The notes: generated by a model from the sequence alone, not told the origin. 52,957 nt of DNA from an uncultured Clostridium sp. (GCA_964612605.1 CAZTEJ010000002.1:1-52957), one strand, 5' to 3'; positions 1-10,778 are shown, counted from the first letter of the stretch. Program-made: numbers and translations.

Positions 1-335
1 TTAATTATTTTATTTGCCCAAGTCCTAAATTTAATTGCTTTTTTAGAGTTAACTCGAAAACCTATTGAAATAATCATATCTAGATTATAGTACTTGGTAT
101 TATAAGTTTGTTTTCCCTCATTACCCACATGTGCAATTTTCACTTAATTCTTCATCTTTATAAATATTATTTATATGTTTAACTATACCACTTCTATCAA
201 TACTAAAAAGAGTAGCTAATGCTTCTGTATTTAGCAAACATCTTCATTTTCTAATAGTACTTCAACTTTTGTATTGCCTTCTTCATCATTATAAAATAAA
301 ATATTTTTCTCATTTCCAATTAACTTATCATTTAT
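1..335 (-). pseudogene. RhuM-family protein, N-terminal part. It is frameshifted, its start codon is lost, and it runs off the left edge.
   Basis: The minus strand reads NILFYNDEEGNTKVEVLLENEDV / LNTEALATLFSIDRSGIVKHINNIYKDEELSEN / IAHVGNEGKQTYNTKYYNLDMIISIGFRVNSKKAIKFRTWANKII in three different frames. This matches the RhuM N-terminal pattern as I recall it. The GGAGG RBS is followed by ATA where ATG is expected. Confidence 0.6.
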
Positions 336-461
336 GATTATACCTCCTTTTTTTCAATATTTTTCAGTTTTAGATATTGCATTATTTTTTCTATAAAAAG
401 TATCCCTTTATAATTTAAAAGATGTAAACATATTATTTCTTGTTCACACCCTTATTTTATA

Positions 462-780
462 CTACTTACCACAACATTGTTTGTACTTTTTACCAGAGCC
501 GCATATTTATCCTTTTTGGGTATTATTTGTACTATTATGTGATACCATTATTATTATATATTATTCAAAGATTATCGGGGCTAGACGGATATAATATTAT
601 GCAGTACTATGTGCACTATGTGTTTTCCATCTTTTGCAAACAAATTGCAAACAATGTTTGCATTCATTCTCACACGATTATTTTTTTCTAATTTCACAAT
701 TTTTATTATTTATTATACTTAATAATTCACTAACAGTTACATTAGTTCCCTCAATATGATAATCATCATATAAATTATCA
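462..780 (-). pseudogene. Decayed ORF remnant ending in a SEC-C metal-binding motif
   Basis: The minus strand 503..462 reads CGSGKKYKQCCGK-stop. Upstream coding-like stretches (DNLYDDYHIEGTNVTVSELLSIINNKNCEIRKK, ENECKHCLQFVCKRWKTH) are broken by several stops and frame changes. Confidence 0.35.
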
Positions 781-790
781 TATGTACTTA

Positions 791-1765
791 TTAATAATAT
801 AAAATCTTGAAATTTATCATATAATATTTGTTCTTTCCCATATGCTTTATATATACAATTTTTTTATATACATATTTAATAAAAGTTGAAGCAAATTTTT
901 CAGAATCAATTTTTAATTCAACATTTTCTAACAAGCATCTTAACAAATACATTATTTTGGATATTCTTTCAGTAATATCTTGTCTTTTAAATATACTATC
1001 ATAAAATCTTGAATAACAAACTAATAATATTTGACACACCTCATGTATAATTTTTTCATAGTCTTGTTGCTTTTTATAAAAATTGCACAACAAAATACTG
1101 TTAACTACCATGGCACTAAAACCGGCAAATTCATTTTGATATTCATGATTATTTTTTCTTGTTATGGAATCGTCATCATCATTATATGTATATCCTACAG
1201 TTTTAGTTGAAACTACTTTTGGATTATAATATCGCAATTGTGCTTCAAAAAATGTATCCTCTTCCCATCTTAAAATTTCACTAAAATTTATATTGTGTTC
1301 AATTAAAAATTGTTTTTTTATAAAAATTCCAAAAATATACGCATTATTAAATAGAAAACTTCTTCTTTTATTACCAGAATCAACATCATAAATTTTTGTT
1401 GAAATAATGTCGTAATCTAAATTATTATAATTGTTAAATTCTTTTAAAACAAAATCATTAAACAAAGCATCACCACAATCAAGAAAAAATATAAAATCAC
1501 CCGTTGCAATATTTAACGCCGTTTGTCTAGCAACACCAGGGCCTTGATTTTTGGAAAGTTTCATATAATTGATGTTTAGAGATTGATATCCATTTAATAA
1601 TCCGTTCCAATTAATTTGTTTTTGATCTGAACAATCATCTATAATAATAACCTCAATTTTGTTAAAATCATATTCTTTTTGAGAAATTATTGAGTATAAT
1701 GTCCTATTTATTTTTTCAAACGAATCAGTATAAGTTGGTATTATTATTGTTAATTCTTTTTTCAA
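791..1765 (-). CDS. Family 2 (GT-A) glycosyltransferase
   Basis: 324-aa ORF. The N-terminus LTIIIPTYTDS...LYSIISQ...IEVIIIDDCSD and a later DCGD (DxD-like) motif are typical of GT2 enzymes. Confidence 0.75.
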   Translation of the reverse strand: MKKELTIIIPTYTDSFEKINRTLYSIISQKEYDFNKIEVIIIDDCSDQKQINWNGLLNGYQSLNINYMKLSKNQGPGVARQTALNIATGDFIFFLDCGDALFNDFVLKEFNNYNNLDYDIISTKIYDVDSGNKRRSFLFNNAYIFGIFIKKQFLIEHNINFSEILRWEEDTFFEAQLRYYNPKVVSTKTVGYTYNDDDDSITRKNNHEYQNEFAGFSAMVVNSILLCNFYKKQQDYEKIIHEVCQILLVCYSRFYDSIFKRQDITERISKIMYLLRCLLENVELKIDSEKFASTFIKYVYKKIVYIKHMGKNKYYMINFKILYY

Positions 1766-1943
1766 TCTTACACCTCTCTCGATATATAAGCTTTCAAAGG
1801 TGACTCGACCCTTGATTTTAAAAATTTATTTTTTTTGCTGAAATTTTGAAAATTCGCAAACAAATTTTAAACATTTTATCAAAATTTAGTAAATTTTATG
1901 TATTTTCAACCCTTATCAAATCATGCAATCCTTGTAAAATAAT

Positions 1944-4442
1944 TTATTTTCCACAACATTGTTTGTACTTTTTACCAGAGCCACATGGGCATAAATCGTT
2001 ACGTCCTATTTTTTTATTTTTATTTACTGTTGGTTCTTTCTTTAAATGTTCTTTTCCATCGTTTGTTATTCCTTTTTGAATTGGTTCTTTTTTAATATTT
2101 ATGTTTATATTTACTTTTAGTAAAAAGTTTACTATGCTTGCATCAATGTTGTCTTGCATTTTATCGAATATATCGTATCCTTCTAAAGCATAGGCTTGTA
2201 ATGGATTTGTTTGTGCATAACCTCTTAGTCCGATTCCTTCTTTTAAATGTTCCATAGCGTTTATGTGTTCTACCCATGCTTCGTCTATTACTTTTAATGA
2301 TATGTATCTTTCGAAGTCTGCTATTGCTTCTGGTTGTATATCTTTTATTTTTGTTTCGTAATCTTCGATTACGATGTTTGTTATGTATTCTATTACTTCA
2401 TCTTCTTTTTTATTTTCTATATCTTCTAGTTTTATTTTATTAATTTTTAATATATTATTAAATGAAGATTCGATTGATTTTAAATCATTATTTGTTAGGT
2501 ATCCTTCTGGTGCTATGTGGTTATCTACAAATTCAAAAACATAGTCTTTGAAGGTTTCTATTGTTAACTTGTGAATATTTTCTGTATCTAGTATATTATT
2601 TCTTTTTTCATAAATTTTTTTTCTTTGTTCTGAGACAATGTTGTCAAAGTCCAGAAGTGTTTTACGAGTATCATAGTTATTTCCTTCTATTTTCTTTTGA
2701 GCTGTTTCTACGCTTTTTGAGAATGTTTTTGACCTTATAGGAGTTGTTTCGTCATAACCTACTGTTTGTATCATTGTTTTGATTTTTTCGGCACCGAATC
2801 TTCTCATTAACTCATCTTCAAATGAGATAAAAAATTGTGAGTATCCAGGGTCTCCTTGCCTTCCGGCACGTCCTCTTAGCTGGTTATCTATACGACGTGA
2901 TTCGTGTCTTTCTGTTCCTAATACGCATAGTCCACCTAGGTCTTTTACTCCTTCTCCTAGTTTAATATCTGTACCACGTCCTGCCATGTTTGTGGCTATT
3001 GTTATTGCTCCTTTTTCTCCGGCTTTTGCTATAATGTCTGCTTCTCTTTCATGATTTTTAGCATTTAACACTTCGTGTGGTAGTTTGGCTTTTGTTAGCA
3101 TTTTACTTAGTTTTTCGTTTGATTCTACTGATATTGTTCCTACTAGGATTGGTTCTCCGGTTTCGTGTACTTCTTTGATGAATTTAACTATTGCGTCGTA
3201 TTTTCCTTTTTCGGTTGCAAACATCATGTCTGCCATATCTTCTCTAATACATGGTTTATTAGTTGGTATTTCTATAACGTACATGTTATAGATATCTCTA
3301 AATTCTTCTTCTTCGGTTTTGGCTGTTCCAGTCATTCCAGATAGTTTGTTATACATTCTAAATAAATTTTGGAATGTGATTGTTGCAAGTGTTTTTGTTT
3401 CTTCGTTTATTTTTACGCCTTCTTTTGCTTCTATTGCTTGATGTAGTCCTTCGCTGAATTGACGTCCATGCATTAATCTTCCAGTAAATTGATCAACTAT
3501 AACAACATTTCCTTCTTCATCTACAACGTAATCTACGTCTTTATTCATTCCATAGTTTGCTTTTAATGCTTGATTTATGTGATGAACTAATGCGGTATTT
3601 TCTGCATCGTATAAATTATTTAATTTAAAATGTGTTTGTACTTTTATGCTTCCTTTTTCAGTTAGGATAACTGTTTTGGATTTTTCATCTACATAGTAGT
3701 CTTCTGTTTCTTGTAGTTTTTTTACGGCTCTATCTGCATCTGTATATAGATTTGCTGAATTCATTTTTCCACCTGAAATTATTAATGGAGTTCTTGCTTC
3801 GTCAATTAAAATGGAGTCTACCTCGTCTATTATGATATAGTTTAATCCTCTTTGGGTGCGATCTTGTTTGGTTCCAACCATATTATCTCTAAGGTAATCG
3901 AATCCGATTTCATTATTTGTTGAGTATGTTATATCGCAGTTGTAAACTTCTTTTTTTTGAGCTGGAGTTAGTTCTCTAAGATTTACTCCTACTGTTATTC
4001 CTAGAAAATCATATATTGGTCCCATCCACTCTGCGTTTCTTGCGCTTAGGTATTCGTTTACGGTTACTACGTGTACTCCTTTTCCTGTTAATGCATTAAG
4101 GTATGCTGGTAATATGGTTGTTAGGGTTTTTCCTTCTCCTGTTTTCATTTCAGCTATGTTTCCGTAATGAATTGCTAGTCCTCCGATTAATTGAACTCTG
4201 TATGGTTTTTCTCCTATCATACGATATGCGGCTTCTCTTGCGGTTGCAAAGGCTTCTACTTTAATGTCTTCTAGGGTTTCTCCTTTATTTAGTCTTTCTT
4301 TAAATTCTTTTGTTTTCCCCTGTAGTTCTTCGTTACTCATTTTTGAATATGTTTCGTCTAATGATTCTATTTCATCTGCTATTTTATTAAATCTTTTTAA
4401 TTCTTTATATTCTGTATCAACAAGTTTTTTTATTAAACTCAT
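1944..4442 (-). CDS. secA: Preprotein translocase ATPase SecA
   Basis: Walker A MKTGEGKT, IIDEVDSILIDEARTPLIISG, and a C-terminal SEC-C motif CPCGSGKKYKQCCGK. The ATG at 4442 has a GAGGG RBS about 8 nt upstream. The GTG at 4451 in the ORF track is probably not the start. Confidence 0.97.
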   Translation of the reverse strand: MSLIKKLVDTEYKELKRFNKIADEIESLDETYSKMSNEELQGKTKEFKERLNKGETLEDIKVEAFATAREAAYRMIGEKPYRVQLIGGLAIHYGNIAEMKTGEGKTLTTILPAYLNALTGKGVHVVTVNEYLSARNAEWMGPIYDFLGITVGVNLRELTPAQKKEVYNCDITYSTNNEIGFDYLRDNMVGTKQDRTQRGLNYIIIDEVDSILIDEARTPLIISGGKMNSANLYTDADRAVKKLQETEDYYVDEKSKTVILTEKGSIKVQTHFKLNNLYDAENTALVHHINQALKANYGMNKDVDYVVDEEGNVVIVDQFTGRLMHGRQFSEGLHQAIEAKEGVKINEETKTLATITFQNLFRMYNKLSGMTGTAKTEEEEFRDIYNMYVIEIPTNKPCIREDMADMMFATEKGKYDAIVKFIKEVHETGEPILVGTISVESNEKLSKMLTKAKLPHEVLNAKNHEREADIIAKAGEKGAITIATNMAGRGTDIKLGEGVKDLGGLCVLGTERHESRRIDNQLRGRAGRQGDPGYSQFFISFEDELMRRFGAEKIKTMIQTVGYDETTPIRSKTFSKSVETAQKKIEGNNYDTRKTLLDFDNIVSEQRKKIYEKRNNILDTENIHKLTIETFKDYVFEFVDNHIAPEGYLTNNDLKSIESSFNNILKINKIKLEDIENKKEDEVIEYITNIVIEDYETKIKDIQPEAIADFERYISLKVIDEAWVEHINAMEHLKEGIGLRGYAQTNPLQAYALEGYDIFDKMQDNIDASIVNFLLKVNININIKKEPIQKGITNDGKEHLKKEPTVNKNKKIGRNDLCPCGSGKKYKQCCGK

Positions 4443-4465
4443 TTTTATCACCCTCTCAGGTTATT

Positions 4466-4474
4466 ATTATATCA
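4466..4474 (-). promoter_or_regulatory. Extended -10 element (TGATATAAT) upstream of secA
   Basis: The reverse complement of attatatca is TGATATAAT. It lies about 25 nt upstream of the secA start. Confidence 0.4.
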
Positions 4475-4711
4475 TGGAATATTTATAGTGTAAATTAATG
4501 TTAAAGAAAATCAATAAAAATTTTAGGTTGATTGATATATAAATTGTGTAAAGTAAGTGACAATTTATTGCTTTTTTAATAATAAAAAGTTAAAAAAACG
4601 AATTTCGGTAAGAATTTGTTTGTTTTTTATTAATATTTAAGTTATTATAAGTATTGTAATTTAAATTTTAATGTTATATTTATAAGAAAATTTAGTTTTT
4701 CGTTAATTTTA

Positions 4712-4721
4712 CCGATATCGG
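4712..4721. promoter_or_regulatory. Perfect 10-bp palindrome CCGATATCGG, a possible operator upstream of the XRE-family gene
   Basis: Read directly from the sequence. It sits about 12 nt upstream of a TATAAT hexamer (4734..4739) and about 50 nt upstream of the 4774 start. Confidence 0.3.
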
Positions 4722-4773
4722 GAGATATTTTCTTATAATATTTGTTACAATTTATTGGTAAGGAGAGATTTGT

Positions 4774-5013
4774 ATGCTTTTTAAACAAGCTGTAAGTTCT
4801 AGAATTTTAGAATTATGTAAATTAAATAATTATACACCAAATAAGTTAGCTGAGTTATCTGCTATTGCGCCTTCTACTTTGAATGCGATGTTATGCTGTA
4901 AGGTTGAAAATCCTAGTTCAACTAATATTTATAAAATATGCAAGGTATTTAATATTAGTTTAAAAGAATTTTTTAGTTCTGAATTTTTTAACGAAATTGA
5001 TATAATTGATTAG
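4774..5013 (+). CDS. XRE/Cro-C1-type helix-turn-helix protein
   Basis: 79-aa ORF with RBS AAGGAGAG. NYTPNKLAELSAIAPSTLNAML...IYKICKVFNISLKEFF fits an HTH_3 pattern. Confidence 0.7.
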   Translation: MLFKQAVSSRILELCKLNNYTPNKLAELSAIAPSTLNAMLCCKVENPSSTNIYKICKVFNISLKEFFSSEFFNEIDIID

Positions 5014-5067
5014 TTGATATTCTTCAACTTTTTTTATTTTTTATGTATAATTAAGTTAGAGGTAAAT

Positions 5068-5931
5068 ATGAAAAAATTAATTAGTTATATATTTAGTATA
5101 GTTTTTATTTTATTGGTAAGTTTATTTTATTATAGTTATAATACTAGTAATAGTAGTAGTAATAAAGATGTTAAATTAGATTATGTAATTAATGTACATT
5201 TTATTGATGTTGGTCAAGGTGATGCTACTTTTATTGAACTTCCTAATAATGAATGTATGTTGATTGATGCTGGTGAGAGGTCTTATGGTGATGTTGTTAA
5301 AAATTATATAGAGAAATTAGGGTATAGTTCAATTGATTATGTTATTGGTACTCATCCTCATACTGATCATATTGGTGGTCTTGAAAATATTATTAATAGT
5401 TTTGGGATTGGTTCTATTTATATGCCTATGGTTACTTCTAATAGTAAAACTTTTGAAAGTTTAATTAATACTATATCTAGTAAAGATTTAAAAATAAATA
5501 GTGCTAGGGATGATGTTGTTTTATTTGATTATAATAATCTTAAGGGGTATTTTGTTGCTCCGGTTAGTTCTAATTATAGTGATTTAAATAATTATTCGGC
5601 TGTTTTATTACTTAGGTATGGTAATGTTAGTTTTTTATTTATGGGTGATGCTGAGATTTTAAGTGAGAATGAGATAAATGATAATATTGATGTTGATGTT
5701 GTTAAGATTGGGCATCATGGAAGTATTTCTTCTTCTGGTAGTAGTTTAATTAATCGTGTTAGTGCTAGGTATGGGATTATTTCTGTTGGAAAGAATAGTT
5801 ATGGTCATCCTAGTGATGAGGTTATTAGTAGGTGGAGTGATAATGGTACTTATATTTATAGGACTGATATTAATGGAGATATTGTTGTTAATACTGATGG
5901 TAATGAGATTAGTATTAGTGTAGAAAGGTAG
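5068..5931 (+). CDS. ComEC-C-terminal-like metallo-beta-lactamase-fold hydrolase with an N-terminal membrane anchor
   Basis: HFIDVGQGDATFIELP...LIDAG and GTHPHTDHIGG (HxHxDH). The ATG at 5068 is preceded by GAGG. The TTG at 5014 in the ORF track is unlikely to be the start. Confidence 0.8.
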   Translation: MKKLISYIFSIVFILLVSLFYYSYNTSNSSSNKDVKLDYVINVHFIDVGQGDATFIELPNNECMLIDAGERSYGDVVKNYIEKLGYSSIDYVIGTHPHTDHIGGLENIINSFGIGSIYMPMVTSNSKTFESLINTISSKDLKINSARDDVVLFDYNNLKGYFVAPVSSNYSDLNNYSAVLLLRYGNVSFLFMGDAEILSENEINDNIDVDVVKIGHHGSISSSGSSLINRVSARYGIISVGKNSYGHPSDEVISRWSDNGTYIYRTDINGDIVVNTDGNEISISVER

Positions 5932-5932
5932 G

Positions 5933-6139
5933 ATGGTTATGAGAGTTGTTATTGATAGATTTGAGGGGGATTATGCTGTGGTTGAGTTAGATGATTTATC
6001 TATTGTAAATGTTCCTAAAAGCCTTTTTAAAGGGGCAAAAGAAGGGGATATTATTGACATTATTATTAATAAAGAGGAATCGGATAAAAGAAAGGGTAGT
6101 ATAAATAAATTAATAGATAATTTATTTATAAATAAGTGA
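5933..6139 (+). CDS. DUF3006-like small protein
   Basis: MRVVIDRFEGDYAVVELDD is the typical DUF3006 start. It lies immediately downstream of the ComEC-like MBL gene, an arrangement I recall as common in Firmicutes. Confidence 0.6.
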   Translation: MVMRVVIDRFEGDYAVVELDDLSIVNVPKSLFKGAKEGDIIDIIINKEESDKRKGSINKLIDNLFINK

Positions 6140-6208
6140 ACTAATAAATGAATTTTCCTCTTTTGTTTTTGTCTTAATATTTCCTCCTTCTACTTATATA
6201 TATACACT

Positions 6209-6769
6209 TTAAATGTTTGTTTTTCTTGTTTTTTTGTATAAAAAACAATTTTTTTGATGTGAATTTATTATTCCAATAGCTTGTAGGTATGAATGTATGA
6301 TTGTTGGTCCTACGTATTTCATTCCTCTTTTGGTAAGATCTTTTGATATTCTGTTTGCTAGTTCTGAGGTTGTTGAATCTGTATCATATATTATTGTGTT
6401 ATTTGTAAATGTTGATAGGTAGTTATCGAATGTATTGTATTCTTTTAATATTTGTTTAAATATTATTGTGTTATTGATACTTGCTTTTATTTTTAATTTG
6501 TTTCTTATTATGTTTTTATTGTTCAACAATTCATTTATTTTGTTATCATCATAGTTTGATATTTTATCTATATTAAAGTTATCATATGCTTCTTCGAAGT
6601 ATTTTCTTTTGTTTAATATGCATTCCCATGATAAACCTGCTTGGAATGATTCTAGTATTAACATTTCAAATAATTGATTATCGTTATGAGTTGGGTTTCC
6701 CCATTCTTCGTCATGGTATTTAATATATAATGGATTGTTTAAGTTACACCAGTTACATCTTGTTTTCAT
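6209..6769 (-). CDS. tag: DNA-3-methyladenine glycosylase I
   Basis: RCNWC..NPLYIKYHDEEWGNP...LFEMLILESFQAGLSWECILNKR is collinear with E. coli Tag. Confidence 0.9.
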   Translation of the reverse strand: MKTRCNWCNLNNPLYIKYHDEEWGNPTHNDNQLFEMLILESFQAGLSWECILNKRKYFEEAYDNFNIDKISNYDDNKINELLNNKNIIRNKLKIKASINNTIIFKQILKEYNTFDNYLSTFTNNTIIYDTDSTTSELANRISKDLTKRGMKYVGPTIIHSYLQAIGIINSHQKNCFLYKKTRKTNI

Positions 6770-6817
6770 TGTTTCTCCTCTCTTATTTTAATAAAAAAAT
6801 ATCGAGTTAACGATATT

Positions 6818-8215
6818 TTATATAAATAGCATTATTACAATTAATATTAGTAAGATAGCTACAATAAATTTCCAAATGTATTTTAACCATTCTTTGTATT
6901 TAATATCACATAGTGATAGTCCTAGTAAAAGTATGGCTGATGATGGAGTTATCATTGATGCTATACCGAATGTTGTTTGTAGTATTATTGCAATTTGATT
7001 TATGTTATCTGCAAATAATGCTTTTAAGTATAATCCGATTAAGCTTACTGTGTATTGATATTCTACTGTAAATAATGATGTGAATAATCCAGAAATAGTT
7101 GTTAGAACTATGTTGAATTTATCACTTAGACTAATAAACCAATCTATGATTGTTGGAATTACTGGATACATTACGGCGAATTCTAGGGTAAGGTAACTTA
7201 AAAGTAATAATACTACTAGTTTTCCTGATTTTTTAAATCCTTCTCCGAATGATGTTAGGTAATCGTCTAAACTTAATTTGTAAATTACTTTTAGAATTAA
7301 TGTTGCTATTACCATTAGTGCTTGTATTCCGAAGATATCCCAGTTTCCGAAGGCGTTAACGTCCCCTAGAATGTATGTGAATATTGTTGAATCAAATAAT
7401 TCAAATGTTTGTATTGATTCTAATGCTTTTTCAAAGCATGTTATTTCGAATACGTCGTTCCATGGGAAGTATGCCATAATTGATATTATTGCAAATAATG
7501 TTAGTACTATAGCTAGTGGCCATATTTTTTTATTACTTGTAACGTTTGCTGGGGCAAATTCGTCATTTATTATTTCAGCTGATTTGTTATTTAATGTTTT
7601 TCTTATATGTAATACATTAAATACGTTAAATAGTATAAATGCTAGTAATAGGATAATTAATTTAATATACCATAGTGTATTGTATTCTAATCCTAAATAA
7701 TTTACGTTTATTCCTACTATTTTTGTACTGTACATTGATCCAATTGTTCCTACTAGGATTGAACCGAATGTCATTGTGAATCCACTTATTTTATCTAATT
7801 TTAATTCTTTTGCTATAGCTAGTATAAATGGTACTGCTGCTATTAATAAGAAGTATTCATTTGTTACTGAACTTAGTGCTGTAAAAATAAATGAAACAAT
7901 TAATGTAAATAGTATTTCCTTTCTTTTAAATATTTTAGCTAGTTTTGTAACTATGGATTGGTATCCTCCAATTCTTGATAGTACTTGATAGAATCCTCCT
8001 AGAACAAATACGAATGTTACTAAAACTGTGAAGTAATACATTCCTAATAGTCCGTAGGTGAAAAAGTCAAATATACCAACGCGTGTTATTTCAGTTACGT
8101 TAATTGCTGTTCCTGAGAATGTTCCTTGTGGGATTATCCATGTTAATAACACTGATAGTAATACCATAAATCCTGATGCTTTAACTAGATCTAATTTTTT
8201 TCCATCTTTTTTCAT
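6818..8215 (-). CDS. YfcC/DcuC-superfamily polytopic membrane permease
   Basis: 465 aa with many hydrophobic segments. LTWIIPQGTF and LVTFVFVLGGFYQVLSRIGG...KEILFTLIVSFIFTALSS align with E. coli YfcC from memory. Confidence 0.65.
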   Translation of the reverse strand: MKKDGKKLDLVKASGFMVLLSVLLTWIIPQGTFSGTAINVTEITRVGIFDFFTYGLLGMYYFTVLVTFVFVLGGFYQVLSRIGGYQSIVTKLAKIFKRKEILFTLIVSFIFTALSSVTNEYFLLIAAVPFILAIAKELKLDKISGFTMTFGSILVGTIGSMYSTKIVGINVNYLGLEYNTLWYIKLIILLLAFILFNVFNVLHIRKTLNNKSAEIINDEFAPANVTSNKKIWPLAIVLTLFAIISIMAYFPWNDVFEITCFEKALESIQTFELFDSTIFTYILGDVNAFGNWDIFGIQALMVIATLILKVIYKLSLDDYLTSFGEGFKKSGKLVVLLLLSYLTLEFAVMYPVIPTIIDWFISLSDKFNIVLTTISGLFTSLFTVEYQYTVSLIGLYLKALFADNINQIAIILQTTFGIASMITPSSAILLLGLSLCDIKYKEWLKYIWKFIVAILLILIVIMLFI

Positions 8216-8316
8216 TCTTAACCTCCTTCTAATACTAATTATAGCATAAATTAGAAAAATGAATATATTTTTTATTGAATTTATTAAATTTTTATGTGTT
8301 ATTAGTTAATATTATA

Positions 8317-8344
8317 TAAAAAAAGATAGTATAATTTTACTATC
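8317..8344 (-). terminator. Rho-independent terminator downstream of lysS
   Basis: 8-bp stem agatagta/tactatct with a 6-nt loop, followed on the minus strand by a run of 7 T. It begins 5 nt after the lysS stop. Confidence 0.7.
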
Positions 8345-8348
8345 TATA

Positions 8349-9836
8349 TTATTTATCGTTTGGTTTCATTGTTGGGAATAGTAGTACATCTCTAATTGAT
8401 TCTTGTTCTGTAAATAGCATTATTAATCTATCTATTCCATATCCTATTCCTCCGGCTGGTGGCATTCCGTATTCTAATGCTTCTATGAAGTCGTTATCTA
8501 TATCGTTTGCTTCGTCGTTTCCTAATTCTTTTTCTTTTAGTTGTTCTTGGAATCTTTCTAATTGATCTATTGGGTCGTTTAGTTCTGTGTAAGCATTAGC
8601 GCATTCGTGTCCTGAAATAAATAGCTCAAATCTATCTACGAATCTAGGATCTTCGGGATTCTTTTTGGTTAGTGGTGATATTTCTATTGGGTGGCCATAT
8701 AGAAATGTTGGTTCGATTAGTGTTTCTTCTACGTATTTTTCAAAGAATAAATTGATTATATGTCCTACTGTGTGTTCGTGGTCTGCTACTTCTATATTGT
8801 GTTCTTTGGCTAGGTTTAATGCTTCATCTATTGTCATTTCTTTTTTGAAATCTATTCCTGTTACTTCTTTAATTGAATCTACCATGCTAATTCTTTTCCA
8901 TTTTCCTGATAAATCTATATCATGTCCTAGGTAATGGAATGTAGTTTTTCCGCATACTTTTTGAGCAATTGTTTGATACATTTCTTCGGTTAGATCCATC
9001 ATTCCGTCCAGGTTAGAATATGCTTGATATACTTCCATCATTGTAAATTCTGGGTTGTGTTGTGGATCCATTCCTTCGTTTCTGAATGTTCTTCCTATTT
9101 CGTATACTGATTCCATTCCTCCTACTAGTAATCTTTTAAGGTTTAATTCTAGCGCAATACGTAGGTACATATCTAAATCTTGGGTATTATGATGGGTTAT
9201 GAATGGGCGAGCTGATGCTCCGGTAAGTAGTGTTGTTAGGATTGGTGTTTCTACTTCTGTAAATCCTTTTTCGTCTAGGAAGTTTTGGATGCAACGAATT
9301 ATTTTTGGACGCATGAAAGCAACTTTTTTTGATTCTTCGTTCATTATTAAATCAACATATCTTCTTCTATATCTTTCTTCTATGTCTGTTAATCCGTGGA
9401 ATTTTTCTGGTAATGGTCTTAGTGCTTTTACTAAATGTGTGTATTCTAAGCATTTTAATGTTATTTCTCCGGTTTTGGTTTTCATTACTTTACCGTAAAC
9501 TCCTACTATGTCTCCTATATCTGCTGTTTTAAATAGGTTGTAGATTTCTTCTCCTACATCGTTTATTGATATATATATTTGTATTTTTCCGGTTTTGTCT
9601 TGTATTGTGAAAAACGATGCTTTTCCCATTTTTCTTATAAACATTATTCTTCCAGCGACTTTGTATGTGTCTTCAATAGTTTCAAATTCTTCGTGGTCTA
9701 TTTCTTGGTATTTATTTTTTATTTCACTCGCAAAAGCGGTTCTATCGTATTTTGTTCCAAATGGATCTAGTCCTAGTTCTTTTAGTTTAGTTAATTTTTC
9801 TCTTCTTACTATTTCTTGATCTGTTAAATTACGCAT
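8349..9836 (-). CDS. lysS: Lysine--tRNA ligase (class II)
   Basis: [23 protein letters not shown] and [17 protein letters not shown]. An N-terminal OB-fold region is present. Confidence 0.97.
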   Translation of the reverse strand: MRNLTDQEIVRREKLTKLKELGLDPFGTKYDRTAFASEIKNKYQEIDHEEFETIEDTYKVAGRIMFIRKMGKASFFTIQDKTGKIQIYISINDVGEEIYNLFKTADIGDIVGVYGKVMKTKTGEITLKCLEYTHLVKALRPLPEKFHGLTDIEERYRRRYVDLIMNEESKKVAFMRPKIIRCIQNFLDEKGFTEVETPILTTLLTGASARPFITHHNTQDLDMYLRIALELNLKRLLVGGMESVYEIGRTFRNEGMDPQHNPEFTMMEVYQAYSNLDGMMDLTEEMYQTIAQKVCGKTTFHYLGHDIDLSGKWKRISMVDSIKEVTGIDFKKEMTIDEALNLAKEHNIEVADHEHTVGHIINLFFEKYVEETLIEPTFLYGHPIEISPLTKKNPEDPRFVDRFELFISGHECANAYTELNDPIDQLERFQEQLKEKELGNDEANDIDNDFIEALEYGMPPAGGIGYGIDRLIMLFTEQESIRDVLLFPTMKPNDK

Positions 9837-9917
9837 TTATATCACTTCTTTCGTTATTAGTATACTTAAAAAGTTATAAAAAAGCAACATATGAATATTA
9901 TTTAATGGGAGGTTTTT

Positions 9918-10283
9918 ATGAATGGGAATTATTATCCTAATGCGAAGTATCCTGGGGATTTTGGTGTAAATAGTTCTGGGAATGATTATAATCTTAATAC
10001 GGCTCCTATTGGGAATAATTTAGATGATGAGCAAAGTTATATTGAAAATATTTTAAGATTGAATAAGGGTAAAAGGGCTAAGGCTTATTTTTCTTTTCCT
10101 GATTCTAGTGAATGGCGTGATAGAATTTTTGAAGGGGTTATTGAGGAAGCTGGTAAGGATCATTTGGTTATGAGTGATTCTAGAACAGGGAAATGGTCTT
10201 TGATTTTACTTATTTATCTTAATTATGTTGAATTTGATGAAAAGATTAATTATAGTCATTCTTATTCAGAGATAACTTATTAG
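9918..10283 (+). CDS. gerQ: Spore coat protein GerQ-like
   Basis: QSYIENILRLNKGKRAKAYFSF...FEGVIEEAGKDHLVMSD..TGKWSLILLIYLNYVEFDEKI matches the GerQ (YwdL) core pattern as I recall it. Confidence 0.7.
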   Translation: MNGNYYPNAKYPGDFGVNSSGNDYNLNTAPIGNNLDDEQSYIENILRLNKGKRAKAYFSFPDSSEWRDRIFEGVIEEAGKDHLVMSDSRTGKWSLILLIYLNYVEFDEKINYSHSYSEITY

Positions 10284-10778
10284 GTTATTTCTTTCTTTTT
10301 GAAGTGTTGTGGGTTCTCCGTGGCCTGGATTTATTTCTAGGTTTGTGTAGTTATTTAATATAGTTTTTATGCTTGATTGCATTTCTTTTAGGTTTCCTCC
10401 TGGTAGGTCATATCTTCCTATGGTTCCTTTGAAGATGAAATCTCCGCTAAATAGTTTGTTTTCAAATAGGAATCCGACTAGGTCTTCTTTATGGCCCGGT
10501 AGGGGTATTATTTTAAATTGAAATTTATTTATTTTGAGATTTTGATTTTGATGGTTATGGTCATATATTGGTACGTGATATTGGTTTGATAGTTCTTTTA
10601 GACATCCTATGTGGTCAAAGTGGTAATGGGTTATTAAAATTGCTTTTAGGTTTCCTTTGATTGAATGAGTTATTTCGTTAATATTGTCTGCTGGATCTAT
10701 TACGATGTAGTCGTTTTCTATATTTAATATATAGCAGTTTGTTTCTAGGGGACCTAGTTTAAGTATTTTGATGTTCAT
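10266..10778 (-). CDS. MBL-fold metallo-hydrolase (glyoxalase II-like)
   Basis: ITHYHFDHIG, GHKEDLVGF and a C-terminal INPGHGEPT. Confidence 0.8.
   Translation of the reverse strand: MNIKILKLGPLETNCYILNIENDYIVIDPADNINEITHSIKGNLKAILITHYHFDHIGCLKELSNQYHVPIYDHNHQNQNLKINKFQFKIIPLPGHKEDLVGFLFENKLFSGDFIFKGTIGRYDLPGGNLKEMQSSIKTILNNYTNLEINPGHGEPTTLQKERNNLISYL

Noticed and set aside
440-691. 83-aa plus-strand ORF in the track
   Set aside because: It has a Tyr/Phe/Ile-rich low-complexity translation and no RBS. It lies antisense to a decayed minus-strand gene remnant and is likely spurious.
2779-3291. Plus-strand ORFs antisense to secA. Many similar ones lie antisense to other genes, for example 7371..7700, 13226..13537, 14686..15453, 15893..16315, 19059..20422, 26388..27275, 37293..37637 and 49031..49360.
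   Set aside because: They sit entirely within well-supported minus-strand genes. Their translations are Leu/Phe/Ser/Cys-rich and low complexity, as expected from the antisense of AT-rich coding sequence. None has a convincing RBS.
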